A stretch of DNA of 35,875 nucleotides from Planctomycetota bacterium (lineage in GTDB: Bacteria; Planctomycetota; Planctomycetia; Pirellulales; Lacipirellulaceae), in assembly GCA_039190745.1 (NCBI GenBank), contig JBCCXZ010000038.1:1-35875 (forward strand). Direction: 5' to 3'. A program made the position numbers and the translations under genes. A model generated the notes under the pieces. It had not been told where the DNA came from. It did not search any database and saw nothing but the letters and a program-made list of their open reading frames with translations. Positions within the stretch are counted from its first letter, which is position 1; each line of letters starts with the position of its first letter. Positions 17,947 to 29,487 of this stretch are shown in pieces.

Positions 17947-20900
17947 ATGCCCGCATCAGAAGAATTCCGGTGGAATCAGAAGATTCTGCACATCGTCTTC
18001 GGCGCCACGACGGCCGTGATGGTCATCGCCAGCCTGTGGCTGGTCGCGAAAGACCACTCACGCGAGTGGAAAGACTGGCAGCTGAAAGACCGGAAGAAAG
18101 AGGCGTGGTCGATCCAGGCTCGCCGCGACTTCCTGGCGGCGACGTACGACGACAAGCTTGAGTCGTTCCAGAGCGATCTCGCTGAGGCCAAAGCAGAGCC
18201 GATCGACCCGAAGCTGATTGCCGAGTTCAAGCAGCGGGTCGTTGAGGAACGTGCGCGGCTCAGCAAGGCCGGCGAAACCCCGTCGGGCGAGGCTGCCGGC
18301 GGAGAGGCCGCCGAAACTGAAGAAGCCTCCGAAGACTCAGACGGAGTCGCCGAGGACGAGGGCTTTGAGGGCGTCGATGAGGAAGTTGCGGCGTTGGCCG
18401 AATCCTCAACACGGGCCGCCGAGTTGCGCGGCGAGTACGAAGCAGCGGGTGACGGGGCGCCGAAGAAGCTCTTCTCCCAGCTCAATGAGGCGCTTGAGCA
18501 AGCGGCTGATCAGCGGGTAAAGGTCTACGGCGAGCTGCAAGGCTACATCGCCGAGGCCAAGCGCCGTGAGAAGCAGCTCGTCGGGGCGAAAAAATTCGCG
18601 GCCGCCGACCGGACCGCGGTCGTCAGCACGCTCGGCCTCAAAATCGGCGAGGGCGCACCCGCCGAGGTGACCGACCAGCTGCAGTCCCAAACCGACAAGC
18701 TCAGCGCAGACATCGCCGACCTCACCTCCCAGATCGCCAGCGCGATCGAGTACCGCTCCGACCTGGAGGCGATCCAGCGGGCGATGGACGAAGACATCGC
18801 CACGCTGAGCAAGGACCTCGCGACGGTCGAGACCGAGCTGGCCCGGCTCGACGAGCAGGTGAAGAAAAATACCTCCAACCCGCTGGAGTGGGTCACCCGC
18901 CAGCCGGTGCTCAACGCCCTCTACGACGGAAACGTGCGGATCGACCAGATCTGGTTGCCGGACCTGACGATCAACTTCAACTTCTCGAACCCCGCGCGGT
19001 TCGACCGCTGCAAGAGCTGCCACCAAGCCATGTCGAAGACCGCGGCCGGCACCGCGACCGACCCGGCGTACCCGAACCTCCCCGAGGAAGAACGGGTGCA
19101 GGCGCTCTCCCTGCTCGCCCCGGACGATGCGCCCGAAGAGGGCGCGACTCTGGAAGAGGCCTTCGGTTTCACCGTCACGGACGAAGACATCATCGCCCGG
19201 CCGGAGACGGTGACGGTTCACTACGTCCTGCCGGAGACCCCGGCCGCGGTGGCGGGGCTGAAGTCGGGCGACGTGATCGACATGGTCGGCGACGAGCCGA
19301 TGTACACCCCAGAGAGGCTGCGTCGGAAGCTGCTCGAAGAGTCCGAGTGGGGCGAGACGGTTTCGCTTTCCATCTCGCGCGGCCTGCCGCACCCGTTTAC
19401 GAGCCACCCGCGGCTGGACCTCTACCTGACCGACCTGAGCCCGCACCCGGAAAAGAAGTTCGGCTGCACGATCTGCCACGACGGCCAGGGGAGCGGCACC
19501 GAGTTCAAGTGGACCTCGCACACGCCCGACAACTCGAAGCAAAAGAACAAGTGGCTGGAAGAGTACGAGTGGTTCGACAACCATCACTGGATCTTCCCGA
19601 TGAAGCCGGCCCGGTTTGCGGAGAGCAACTGCCTGAAGTGCCACCACGAAAAGGGCGGCCTCGAGGCCAGCCGCCGCTACCCCGACCCGCCGGCGCCGAA
19701 ACTCGTCGAGGGCTGGACGCTCGCCGAGGAGTACGGCTGCTTCGGCTGTCACGAGATCAACGGCTACGACGGCCCCGACAAGCGGGTGGGCCCCGACGTA
19801 CGTCTCGAGCCCACCTTCCACGAGTTTGCCGCGGCGATGCTCGAAGACGATGGGCTCAGCGCCGACCAACGCCGGTTGGCCGAGCAGCTGGTCCTGTACC
19901 CTTCGGACGACGCGGCGCGTAGCGCCCTGCTCACCTCGGTCGACCTGGCCGCGAAGGGCGAGTTGGACGTCGAACTTTCCGAAGCCACGTACCGCCATGC
20001 AGAAGGCCTGAAGGACGTCGAGGCGCCCGGTGTTTACCGCAAGGTGGGCCCCAGCTTACGGCACCTGTCGTCGAAGGTCGACTACCAGTGGCTCTACAGC
20101 TGGATCCGCAAGCCGGCGGACTTCCGCCCTAGCACGAAGATGCCGCAGTTCTTCGGCCTGTGGGAGCACTTGAAAGACCCCGAAGACGCCGACCAGCTGG
20201 CGAAGAGCCAGATGTTCGAGCCGATCGAGATCCGCGCGTTGACGAAGTTCCTGCTCGATAACAGCCGCGACTTCGAGTACCTCGAGCCCTCGGAAGAGGT
20301 GACCGAAACCGCCTCGGCCGAACGCGGCAAGTGGTTGTTCGAGTCGCGCGGCTGCCTGGCTTGCCACGCACACGAAGCGTTTGAAGGCATCGATTCGAAT
20401 CAAGGGCCCGAGCTGTCTCGCGTCGCGGCGAAGTTCCATGGCGAGAAGGGTGAGAAGTGGCTGTACACGTGGCTCCGCGAGCCCCACAAGTACCACTCAC
20501 GCACCAAGATGCCGGACGTGTACCTGACGCCCATCGTCGAGAAAGACGCCCAGGGAACGCCGACCGGCAAGGTGACCGACCCCGCCGCCGACATCGCCGC
20601 TTACTTGTTGAGCGTGCGTGCCGATTGGGAGCCGACCGACGTGCCGACAGACGCGGGTCTCTCCGGCGACGAGGTCGAGGCGCTCAGCAAACTGGCGGTC
20701 GAGTGGCTTGCGAGCGACACGATCCCGACAACCCGGGCGGAGCGGATTGTTTCGCTGGAAGAGACGATCCCGCCGGCGATGGAGAAGCGCCTGAAGGCCG
20801 ACGAGAAGCTGCTGGTCGGCATGACCGCGGCCAACCGTGAGGACCGGTTGCAGGAGTTTGTCGCCCGCCGCACGATCGGCAAGTACGGCTGCTTCGGCTG

Positions 20901-22548
20901 CCACGACATCCCGGGCTACGAGGCCGCGAAGCCGATCGGCGCCGCTCTGGCCGAGTGGGGCCGCAAGGAGTCGTCTAAGCTCGCTTTCGAGGGCATCCAC
21001 ACATTCCTCGAGACGCACGGGCTCCGGCCGACGATGGACTCGGAGCACGGCCATCACGACGAAGAGCACGCGGGCCACGGGCACCTCGACCCGGCCGACT
21101 TCGACGAAGACGACAGCTTCTTTATCCAGGCGCTCAACTCGCACCAGCGCGACGGGTTTATCTGGCAGAAGCTGCGGTACCCGCGGAGCTACGACTACAA
21201 GCGCACCCGCAACAAGGGCTTCAACGAGCGGCTGCGGATGCCGTTGTTCCCGTTCGACGACGAGCAGCGTGAGGCGATCATCACGTTCGTGCTTGGCCTG
21301 GTGAACGAGGCGCCCGGCGAGCAGTACATCTACAACCCGCCGCCGCGGCAAGAGGCGATCGTCCAAGGCCGGAAGGTGCTCGAGCGCTTTAACTGCGCGG
21401 GTTGCCACACGATGGCGATGGAGCAATGGAAAGTAGCGTTCAGCGAAGACGACCTCGAATCGCCCTCGGAACAGAACGACTACCCATTCCTGAAGATCCA
21501 CTTCAGCGACCGCGAGGTTGCGGAGTCTGAGGACAGGACCGAAGCGGGGCGGGTCCTGGCCGAGCTGCACGGCATGCCGGTCATCAATCAGGAAACCGGC
21601 CAGCCGCAGCTGTACGACATCGACATCATCCCGCTCGAGGAAGACGACGACGAGTCCGACCCGTACTACATGTTCACCCTCTGGGAAGACGCGCTGGTCG
21701 ATGGCGGGACCTGGGTGCAGGGCGTTCAGGACATCCTGGTGCCCGCGTCGCGCGACGAGTACGGCCCGGCCGTCGGTGAAGCCTGGAAACGCTGGGGCGG
21801 CGACCTCACGGAGTACCTGTTCCCACGGGTGATCGAGGAGACGCTCGCCAGCGGGGCCCAGGTGAACGGCGCCGAGGCGTGGGGCTGGCTGCCGCCGCCG
21901 CTGATGGCCGAGGGCGAGAAGGTGCAGACCGACTGGCTGCACGCCTTCCTGATGAACCCGAAGCCGTTGCGTCCGGCCGTGGTGATGCGGATGCCTAACT
22001 TCCGCATGTCGGCCGAGGAATCGGCCAAGCTGGTGAACTACTTCGCCGCGTCGAGCGACGTCGAGTACCCGTACGAGTACAAGGCGGTGCAGCAGGATAC
22101 CTACTTGGCGTCGATCGAAGAGGACAAGCCCGAGCACCTCGATCAGGCGATGAACATCGTGACCAACGGCAACTACTGCGTGAAGTGCCACGCGGTGGCC
22201 GACTACCAGCCCGCGGGCGAGGTGAAGACCTTCGGCCCGGCCTTGTCCGAGGTGTACCGACGGCTGCGTCCGGAGTATCTGCGGGACTGGATCGCTAACC
22301 CGAAACGCATCTTGCCGTACACGGGCATGCCGGTGAACATCCCGTACAAGGCTGAAGCCGAGCACCTGGGGGGCGTCTCGCAAGAGCTGTACGAGGGCAC
22401 GAGCCTCGAGCAGCTGAGCGGCTTGGTCGACCTGCTGATGAACTTCGACGAGTACGCCAAGCGGGGCACGTCGATCACACCCTTAGTCGAGTCCGCCGCG
22501 TCTGCCGGCGACGACCAGGCGAAGAAGCCCGGCCCGGCGACGCGCTGA
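17947..22548 (+). CDS. Membrane-anchored octaheme cytochrome c with coiled coil and PDZ-like insert
   Basis: Eight CxxCH motifs (CKSCH, CTICH, CLKCH, CFGCH, CLACH, CFGCH, CAGCH, CVKCH), an N-terminal TM, and PDZ-like ETPAAVAGLKSGDVI. Confidence 0.9.
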   Translation: MPASEEFRWNQKILHIVFGATTAVMVIASLWLVAKDHSREWKDWQLKDRKKEAWSIQARRDFLAATYDDKLESFQSDLAEAKAEPIDPKLIAEFKQRVVEERARLSKAGETPSGEAAGGEAAETEEASEDSDGVAEDEGFEGVDEEVAALAESSTRAAELRGEYEAAGDGAPKKLFSQLNEALEQAADQRVKVYGELQGYIAEAKRREKQLVGAKKFAAADRTAVVSTLGLKIGEGAPAEVTDQLQSQTDKLSADIADLTSQIASAIEYRSDLEAIQRAMDEDIATLSKDLATVETELARLDEQVKKNTSNPLEWVTRQPVLNALYDGNVRIDQIWLPDLTINFNFSNPARFDRCKSCHQAMSKTAAGTATDPAYPNLPEEERVQALSLLAPDDAPEEGATLEEAFGFTVTDEDIIARPETVTVHYVLPETPAAVAGLKSGDVIDMVGDEPMYTPERLRRKLLEESEWGETVSLSISRGLPHPFTSHPRLDLYLTDLSPHPEKKFGCTICHDGQGSGTEFKWTSHTPDNSKQKNKWLEEYEWFDNHHWIFPMKPARFAESNCLKCHHEKGGLEASRRYPDPPAPKLVEGWTLAEEYGCFGCHEINGYDGPDKRVGPDVRLEPTFHEFAAAMLEDDGLSADQRRLAEQLVLYPSDDAARSALLTSVDLAAKGELDVELSEATYRHAEGLKDVEAPGVYRKVGPSLRHLSSKVDYQWLYSWIRKPADFRPSTKMPQFFGLWEHLKDPEDADQLAKSQMFEPIEIRALTKFLLDNSRDFEYLEPSEEVTETASAERGKWLFESRGCLACHAHEAFEGIDSNQGPELSRVAAKFHGEKGEKWLYTWLREPHKYHSRTKMPDVYLTPIVEKDAQGTPTGKVTDPAADIAAYLLSVRADWEPTDVPTDAGLSGDEVEALSKLAVEWLASDTIPTTRAERIVSLEETIPPAMEKRLKADEKLLVGMTAANREDRLQEFVARRTIGKYGCFGCHDIPGYEAAKPIGAALAEWGRKESSKLAFEGIHTFLETHGLRPTMDSEHGHHDEEHAGHGHLDPADFDEDDSFFIQALNSHQRDGFIWQKLRYPRSYDYKRTRNKGFNERLRMPLFPFDDEQREAIITFVLGLVNEAPGEQYIYNPPPRQEAIVQGRKVLERFNCAGCHTMAMEQWKVAFSEDDLESPSEQNDYPFLKIHFSDREVAESEDRTEAGRVLAELHGMPVINQETGQPQLYDIDIIPLEEDDDESDPYYMFTLWEDALVDGGTWVQGVQDILVPASRDEYGPAVGEAWKRWGGDLTEYLFPRVIEETLASGAQVNGAEAWGWLPPPLMAEGEKVQTDWLHAFLMNPKPLRPAVVMRMPNFRMSAEESAKLVNYFAASSDVEYPYEYKAVQQDTYLASIEEDKPEHLDQAMNIVTNGNYCVKCHAVADYQPAGEVKTFGPALSEVYRRLRPEYLRDWIANPKRILPYTGMPVNIPYKAEAEHLGGVSQELYEGTSLEQLSGLVDLLMNFDEYAKRGTSITPLVESAASAGDDQAKKPGPATR

Positions 22549-22597
22549 TTTCCACGGTAATTGCAACTACGAATCCTTCGCGGAGGCGATAGAGACG

Positions 22598-23377
22598 ATG
22601 CACAAGACTTCCTACGGAGCCGCTTTGATAGCGATGGCCTTGGCCCCGGCGTTTGCGTCGGCGGCGGGCTGGGGCGACATCAAGGGCCGCTTCGTGCTGG
22701 ACGGCGACCCCGGCGATCCCACCGCGATTACTGTGAATAAAGACCCAGAGTTCTGCGGCGAGTTCGGGTTGAAAGAAGAGACAATCGAAGTCGGCGAAGG
22801 CAACGGACTGGCAAACGTTTTCGTGTACCTTTACCTCCGCCGCGGCAAGTCGGTCGACATCCACCCGGACCTCGCCGACCCGGGCGAGACCGCCGTGCTC
22901 GACAACAAGAATTGCCGCTTCGAGCCGCACGCGATGATCGTGCGTACCGGGCAGAAATTCGAGGTGCGGAACTCTGACGCCGGCATCGGCCACAACACGA
23001 ATGCAGCGGCGCTGGTGGCCAACACGAAGTTCAACACGATGGTCACGAACGACAAGCCCGAAGTGTTCGAGTTCGAAAAATCGGAGCCGGTTCCGCAGCA
23101 GGTGGCGTGCAACATCCACCCGTGGATGAAGGGCTACGTGCTGATCCGCGACAACCCCTACATGGCGGTCACGGATAAGGACGGCAACTTCGAGATCAAA
23201 GGCGTGCCCGAGGGCGATCACCAGTTTGTCATCTGGCACGAGGGCCCGGGCAACCTAAAGAACCTGAAGACTGACGCCGGCAAGACCGACCGTCGCGGGC
23301 GGCTGAAGGTCTCCGTAGAGGCTGATGGTTCGGTCGATCTCGGCGAGGTGAAGGTCTCTGCCTCGGCCCTGAAGTAA
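22598..23377 (+). CDS. Exported cupredoxin-like / carboxypeptidase-regulatory-like domain protein
   Basis: Signal peptide (…ASA-A), GHNTN, CNIHPWM, and C-terminal TDKDGNFEIKGVPEG...WHE. Confidence 0.7.
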   Translation: MHKTSYGAALIAMALAPAFASAAGWGDIKGRFVLDGDPGDPTAITVNKDPEFCGEFGLKEETIEVGEGNGLANVFVYLYLRRGKSVDIHPDLADPGETAVLDNKNCRFEPHAMIVRTGQKFEVRNSDAGIGHNTNAAALVANTKFNTMVTNDKPEVFEFEKSEPVPQQVACNIHPWMKGYVLIRDNPYMAVTDKDGNFEIKGVPEGDHQFVIWHEGPGNLKNLKTDAGKTDRRGRLKVSVEADGSVDLGEVKVSASALK

Positions 23378-23441
23378 ACCACCACGCAACGCAGATCACC
23401 TCAGGACAAAAGGGCGGCCAACAGCGGCCGGAGAAATCACG

Positions 23442-24359
23442 GTGTTGAGAAGCAAGCCTAAACACGCCTTCGGAGCTGTGCATGCCGCTGCCTGCGCGGC
23501 CTTGCTGCTTACCGCCGGCTGCCAGCAATCGGTGTCGCTTGGCCCGGTAGCGGACGAGGTCGCGGCGACCAAGATCCGCGAGGCATTGCTCTCGGGCGAC
23601 GGTGGCGGCGAGGTCCAGGCGGCCGAATCGGGCGGCACGGGTTGGGCGACGCTCAAGGGGCGGTTCGTCTACGAAGGCACGCCTCCGGTGATGCCGGCCT
23701 ACGACGTGAAGGGCGGCGACATGCAGGTTTGCTCGCCCGGCGGCGTGACGCCGAAGCAGGAAACGCTGGTCGTCGACCCCGAGACCGGCGGGATCGCCAA
23801 CATCGCGGTCTACGTCCGCAAGGCGCCCCGCGTACACGAGTCCGCGCAGGCGCTGACCGACTCTGTGCTCTTCGACCAGAAGGAGTGCGTGTTCCTCTCG
23901 CACGTTTTCGCGATCAACGTCGGGCAAACGATGGCGATCAAGAACAGCGACCCCGTCGGTCACAACACGAACATCGAGGGCAAGAACGCCTTCAACCAGA
24001 CCGTGCCCGCCGGCGGGACGGTCGAATGGCCAATCACGAAGGAAGAGGCCCTGCCGAAGGCGGTGCGGTGCAGTATCCACCCGTGGATGCTGTCCTACCT
24101 GCTCCCGCGGAAAGACCGGTACTTCGCCGTGACCAATGAGAAAGGTGAGTTCGAGATCGCCTACTTGCCGGCGGGGGAGGATGTCGAACTGCAGGTCTGG
24201 CACGAGAGCGCCCCCGGCAACAGCGGGGCCGTGGTGCTCAAATCGCCTGAAGCCAAAGAGTTAAGCTGGTCTTCGAAGGGCCGGTTCACTGTACGTTTAG
24301 ACCCAGACTCTACGAAGAATCTGGACCTTGCGGTTCCGTCCTCGGCTTTCGGCGGCTAA
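23442..24359 (+). CDS. Lipoprotein paralogue of the preceding cupredoxin-like protein
   Basis: Lipobox LTAGC, GHNTN, CSIHPWM, TNEKGEFEI...WHE; exact start uncertain. Confidence 0.7.
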   Translation: MLRSKPKHAFGAVHAAACAALLLTAGCQQSVSLGPVADEVAATKIREALLSGDGGGEVQAAESGGTGWATLKGRFVYEGTPPVMPAYDVKGGDMQVCSPGGVTPKQETLVVDPETGGIANIAVYVRKAPRVHESAQALTDSVLFDQKECVFLSHVFAINVGQTMAIKNSDPVGHNTNIEGKNAFNQTVPAGGTVEWPITKEEALPKAVRCSIHPWMLSYLLPRKDRYFAVTNEKGEFEIAYLPAGEDVELQVWHESAPGNSGAVVLKSPEAKELSWSSKGRFTVRLDPDSTKNLDLAVPSSAFGG

Positions 24360-24383
24360 CCACTGAAACGACTCGTTAGCACT

Positions 24384-25688
24384 GTGGCATTCACAAAGAT
24401 GGCAAACCTAAACCGCTCAATCGTGAGACTCACCGCACTCGGCGGGTTGTTGTTCAGTTTGGGCTGCGGCTCGTCCGAACCGCCCGCCTTCCGCCTGAAC
24501 ATGGTCGCGATGACCTCCGGCGAGGTCACCGTCGCCGAGGACTATCAGCAAGAAATCGCGAACGTGCTTGACGGCGTGTTCGGGACGCCGGATCACCCCC
24601 GGGTGATTTCGGAAACTGGTTTGGACCAGTCGCTGCTCGACATGGCGGCCGGCCCCGCCTGGAGCGACGACGCAGGCGCTAACTATGGCCTGTACCGCAA
24701 GCACTGCGTCCACTGCCACGGCATCAGCGGCGACGGCCGCGGCCCCACCGCCCGGTTCCTCAACCCGTACCCCCGGGACTACCGCCCCGCGGTGTTCAAG
24801 TTCAAATCCACCGTGAACGCTGCCCAGCCGACCGACGACGACTTGCACCGCGTGCTGATTAACGGCGTGCCGGGGACCTCGATGCCATCGTTCGCATTGC
24901 TCCCCTCGGGAGAGGTGGAATCGCTAGTCGAGTACGTGAAGTACCTTAGCATGCGAGGCCAACTTGAGACGGCGCTAACGAACTTCACCAACGACGAGTT
25001 GGGCGTGGACGACGGCGAGCGATTTGCGCTCGACCCTTTAAACGACCCCGAGCAGGGCGAGATCATCAAAGAGATGCTTGCCGAAATTGTTGAGGGTTGG
25101 GACGCCGCTGGCGACCAAGTGATCGCTCCCGCGGAAGAAACCGCCCCGCTCGATGATAGGTCCCCCCAAGAGATCGCCCAGTCGGTCGAGGCGGGCCGCA
25201 AGCTATTCTACGGCAAGCAGGCCAACTGCTACACCTGCCACGGTCCGACCGGCCTCGGCGACGGGCAGCAGGACGACTACCACGTCTGGAACAAGGCCAA
25301 CAAGCTGTTCATGGACGAGATCGCGAACGAGGAACTAAGAATCCAAGAGGGGTGGGAGGGCGACGACCTTACGAAGGAAGACAAAGACGACCTGAGGGCC
25401 CGTGAAGAAGCCCTCGTCGCCCGACGCGAGGTGGCGTCCACCTTGTACCCGGTGCGGAACGCGATCCCCCGGAACCTGCGGCAAGGAGTGTACCGCGGCG
25501 GCCGGAGGCCGATCGACGTGTTCCGCAAGATCCACACCGGCATCGCCGGCTCGCCGATGCCCGGCATCGGCACCACGCTCTCCGAGGAGCAGCTCTGGAA
25601 CATCGTAGATTACGTGCTGTCCTTGCCCTACGAAGCCGCCAGCCAGCCGCAACGTGCTCTCGCCGAGAACATCGCCGAGATCAATTGA
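24384..25688 (+). CDS. Diheme cytochrome c lipoprotein
   Basis: Lipobox SLGC, CVHCH...GVPGTSMP and CYTCH...GIAGSPMP (His/Met ligation); start GTG 24384 or ATG 24399. Confidence 0.88.
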   Translation: MAFTKMANLNRSIVRLTALGGLLFSLGCGSSEPPAFRLNMVAMTSGEVTVAEDYQQEIANVLDGVFGTPDHPRVISETGLDQSLLDMAAGPAWSDDAGANYGLYRKHCVHCHGISGDGRGPTARFLNPYPRDYRPAVFKFKSTVNAAQPTDDDLHRVLINGVPGTSMPSFALLPSGEVESLVEYVKYLSMRGQLETALTNFTNDELGVDDGERFALDPLNDPEQGEIIKEMLAEIVEGWDAAGDQVIAPAEETAPLDDRSPQEIAQSVEAGRKLFYGKQANCYTCHGPTGLGDGQQDDYHVWNKANKLFMDEIANEELRIQEGWEGDDLTKEDKDDLRAREEALVARREVASTLYPVRNAIPRNLRQGVYRGGRRPIDVFRKIHTGIAGSPMPGIGTTLSEEQLWNIVDYVLSLPYEAASQPQRALAENIAEIN

Positions 25689-25787
25689 CCGCCGCCGACT
25701 GAACACCATACCGATAGACCGCCGACCGAACCGCGTGCCCTCAATAAAAAAAGGGAACCACGCCCGCCCGCTAGGCAGAGGAATACC

Positions 25788-26555
25788 GTGAACCGATTCT
25801 GGAGTCTGCTGTTTCTGCTGGTGCCGATCTTTGGCGTCGCCACGTTCGTCCTTGCAGGCCAGTACAACATCTGGTTGCCGCGGGACGTGAGCACGCACGG
25901 CAGCACCATCGACGGCCTGTTCATGTTCATCCTGTACCTGACCGGCGCGGTGTTCATCGTGACCGAGCTGGTGTTGTTCTACTTCATGTGGAAGTACGAC
26001 GGCGGAAAGAACAAAGAGAAGGTGCAGTACTCGCACGGCAGCCACACGCTGGAAGTGGTGTGGACCATTATCCCGGCCGTGACGCTGCTGTTCATCGCGA
26101 TCTACCAGATGGACGCCTGGGCCTCGGCGAAGATGCGGGCGCCGGACGTGCCGATCATCTGCGAGGTGACCGGCCGGCAGTTCAACTGGGACTTCCGCTA
26201 CCCTGGCCCCGACGGCGAGCTCTACACGGTGGACGACATCGTCCGCACCGACGGCAAGCTCTACCTGCCGGTGGACGAGGAGATCCTGCTCCGCATCACC
26301 AGCGCCGACGTTTTGCACAGCTTCTTCCTGCCGAACCTGCGGATGAAGCAGGACGTGATCCCCGGCATGCAGCAGAGCATGTGGTTCAAGGCGACCGAGA
26401 CCGGCGGCTTTGACATCGTGTGCGCCGAGCTGTGCGGCTGGGGCCACTACAAGATGAAGGGCCGTGTGTACTTCATGCCGCGTCCGGAGTTTGAGGCCAA
26501 GCTGGACGAGATGGCCCGCGAACAGAATACCCGCCTTGTAGCGACCGCCGAGTAA
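25788..26555 (+). CDS. coxB: Cytochrome c oxidase subunit II (CuA)
   Basis: LEVVWTIIP, DVLHSF and CAELCGWGHYKM; no fused cytochrome c domain. Confidence 0.95.
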   Translation: MNRFWSLLFLLVPIFGVATFVLAGQYNIWLPRDVSTHGSTIDGLFMFILYLTGAVFIVTELVLFYFMWKYDGGKNKEKVQYSHGSHTLEVVWTIIPAVTLLFIAIYQMDAWASAKMRAPDVPIICEVTGRQFNWDFRYPGPDGELYTVDDIVRTDGKLYLPVDEEILLRITSADVLHSFFLPNLRMKQDVIPGMQQSMWFKATETGGFDIVCAELCGWGHYKMKGRVYFMPRPEFEAKLDEMAREQNTRLVATAE

Positions 26556-26613
26556 GCAACGCCTTACCGCGTTGCGTTGTTTTTACCCCGAACCGATTCC
26601 TCGAAAGCCACCC

Positions 26614-28401
<1,788 letters not shown>

Positions 28402-28458
28402 CGAAACCCAAGGACTGGGTCTCCGCTGTGGGATCCCGTTATTCGTCATTCCTTATTC

Positions 28459-29487
28459 GTGATTGCTAAGCAGCCCTTGAGCCCCACCAGTCTCCCACAC
28501 GCCGAGTCCCGCTGGCCACACCGCGTTGCGTGGGTGCTGGCGTGCACCACGTTCCCGCTGATCTGGGTGGGGGCGTTCGTCACGACCACCGATGCGGGCA
28601 TGGCGTTCCGAGACTGGATGACCTCCGACGGCACGTTCTTCCTGATCTACGACTGGCTGGGGTCGGCTGGAGACAAGTTCACTGAGCACGGGCACCGGCT
28701 GCTGGGCGCCGCGGCGGGGTTCCTTTCGATCGCGTTGGTCGCCGTGACCTGGCGGGTTGAGAAGCGTGATTGGGTGCGTTGGTTCTCGGTGGGGATCCTC
28801 GCCGCCGTGATCGGCCAGGGCGTGCTCGGCGGCATGCGGGTGGTACTCGACGAGCGGACGCTCGCGATGATCCACGGCTGCACGGGGCCGCTGTTCTTCT
28901 CGCTCTGCGTGGCGATGGTGGTGTTTACCTCCCGCCGCTGGGCGAAGGGGCCGACAAAAGACCCGCAATCGCAACTGGGCGGGCTCAACCGGCTCGCGTG
29001 GGCGACGTTCGGCCTGTCTTATTGCCAGCTGATGGTGGGCGCCGCCGTGCGTCACAGCCCGATGATGCTCAACGAAGCCGCCGCCTCGATGTTCCGCGCG
29101 GCCGTGTACTTCCACGTACTGCTGGCGTTGGTCATCTCCGGCCACGCACTATGGCTCGCTGCACGAAGCCTCCGCTGCCCGGGCAACCGCAGGCTGGGGC
29201 TGGCCGTCGGCGGGCTGGTCGGAGTGCAGTTCGCTCTGGGGATCGGCACCTGGGTCGTGAAGTACGGCGTCCCCGAGTGGGGCTCTCGGATCATCGGCGA
29301 GCCGACGTTTGTGAACACCGTCTCTAGCGGCCTGCTCGCTGGCATCGTCACAACGCACGTCGCGGTTGGCTCTTTGATCTTGGTCACCTCGCTGACCGCG
29401 GCGCTCTTCACCTCGCGAGAACTCGGTCACGAAACCTCCTGGAGCCGTCGCCAGATGCTCGGGCAAACGGGGGGAGCCGTCGCTTGA
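28459..29487 (+). CDS. ctaA: Heme A synthase (COX15/CtaA family)
   Basis: TDAGMA.DW, EHGHR, QGVLGG.RV, MIHG and downstream His in TM helices; lies between coxA and heme O synthase. Confidence 0.85.
   Translation: MIAKQPLSPTSLPHAESRWPHRVAWVLACTTFPLIWVGAFVTTTDAGMAFRDWMTSDGTFFLIYDWLGSAGDKFTEHGHRLLGAAAGFLSIALVAVTWRVEKRDWVRWFSVGILAAVIGQGVLGGMRVVLDERTLAMIHGCTGPLFFSLCVAMVVFTSRRWAKGPTKDPQSQLGGLNRLAWATFGLSYCQLMVGAAVRHSPMMLNEAAASMFRAAVYFHVLLALVISGHALWLAARSLRCPGNRRLGLAVGGLVGVQFALGIGTWVVKYGVPEWGSRIIGEPTFVNTVSSGLLAGIVTTHVAVGSLILVTSLTAALFTSRELGHETSWSRRQMLGQTGGAVA

Noticed and set aside
15295..22383. Long alternative ORFs (15295-17517 +, 18406-19998 -, 20497-22383 -)
   Set aside because: Shadow frames of strongly codon-biased genes, with Arg/Pro/Gly-rich or antisense composition and no motifs.
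14418..25688. Alternative complex III or an anammox/HAO-type module
   Set aside because: No ActB molybdopterin-like or ActC/NrfD subunits. The octaheme has dispersed class-I-like hemes rather than HAO spacing, and it is linked to an aerobic A2 oxidase.
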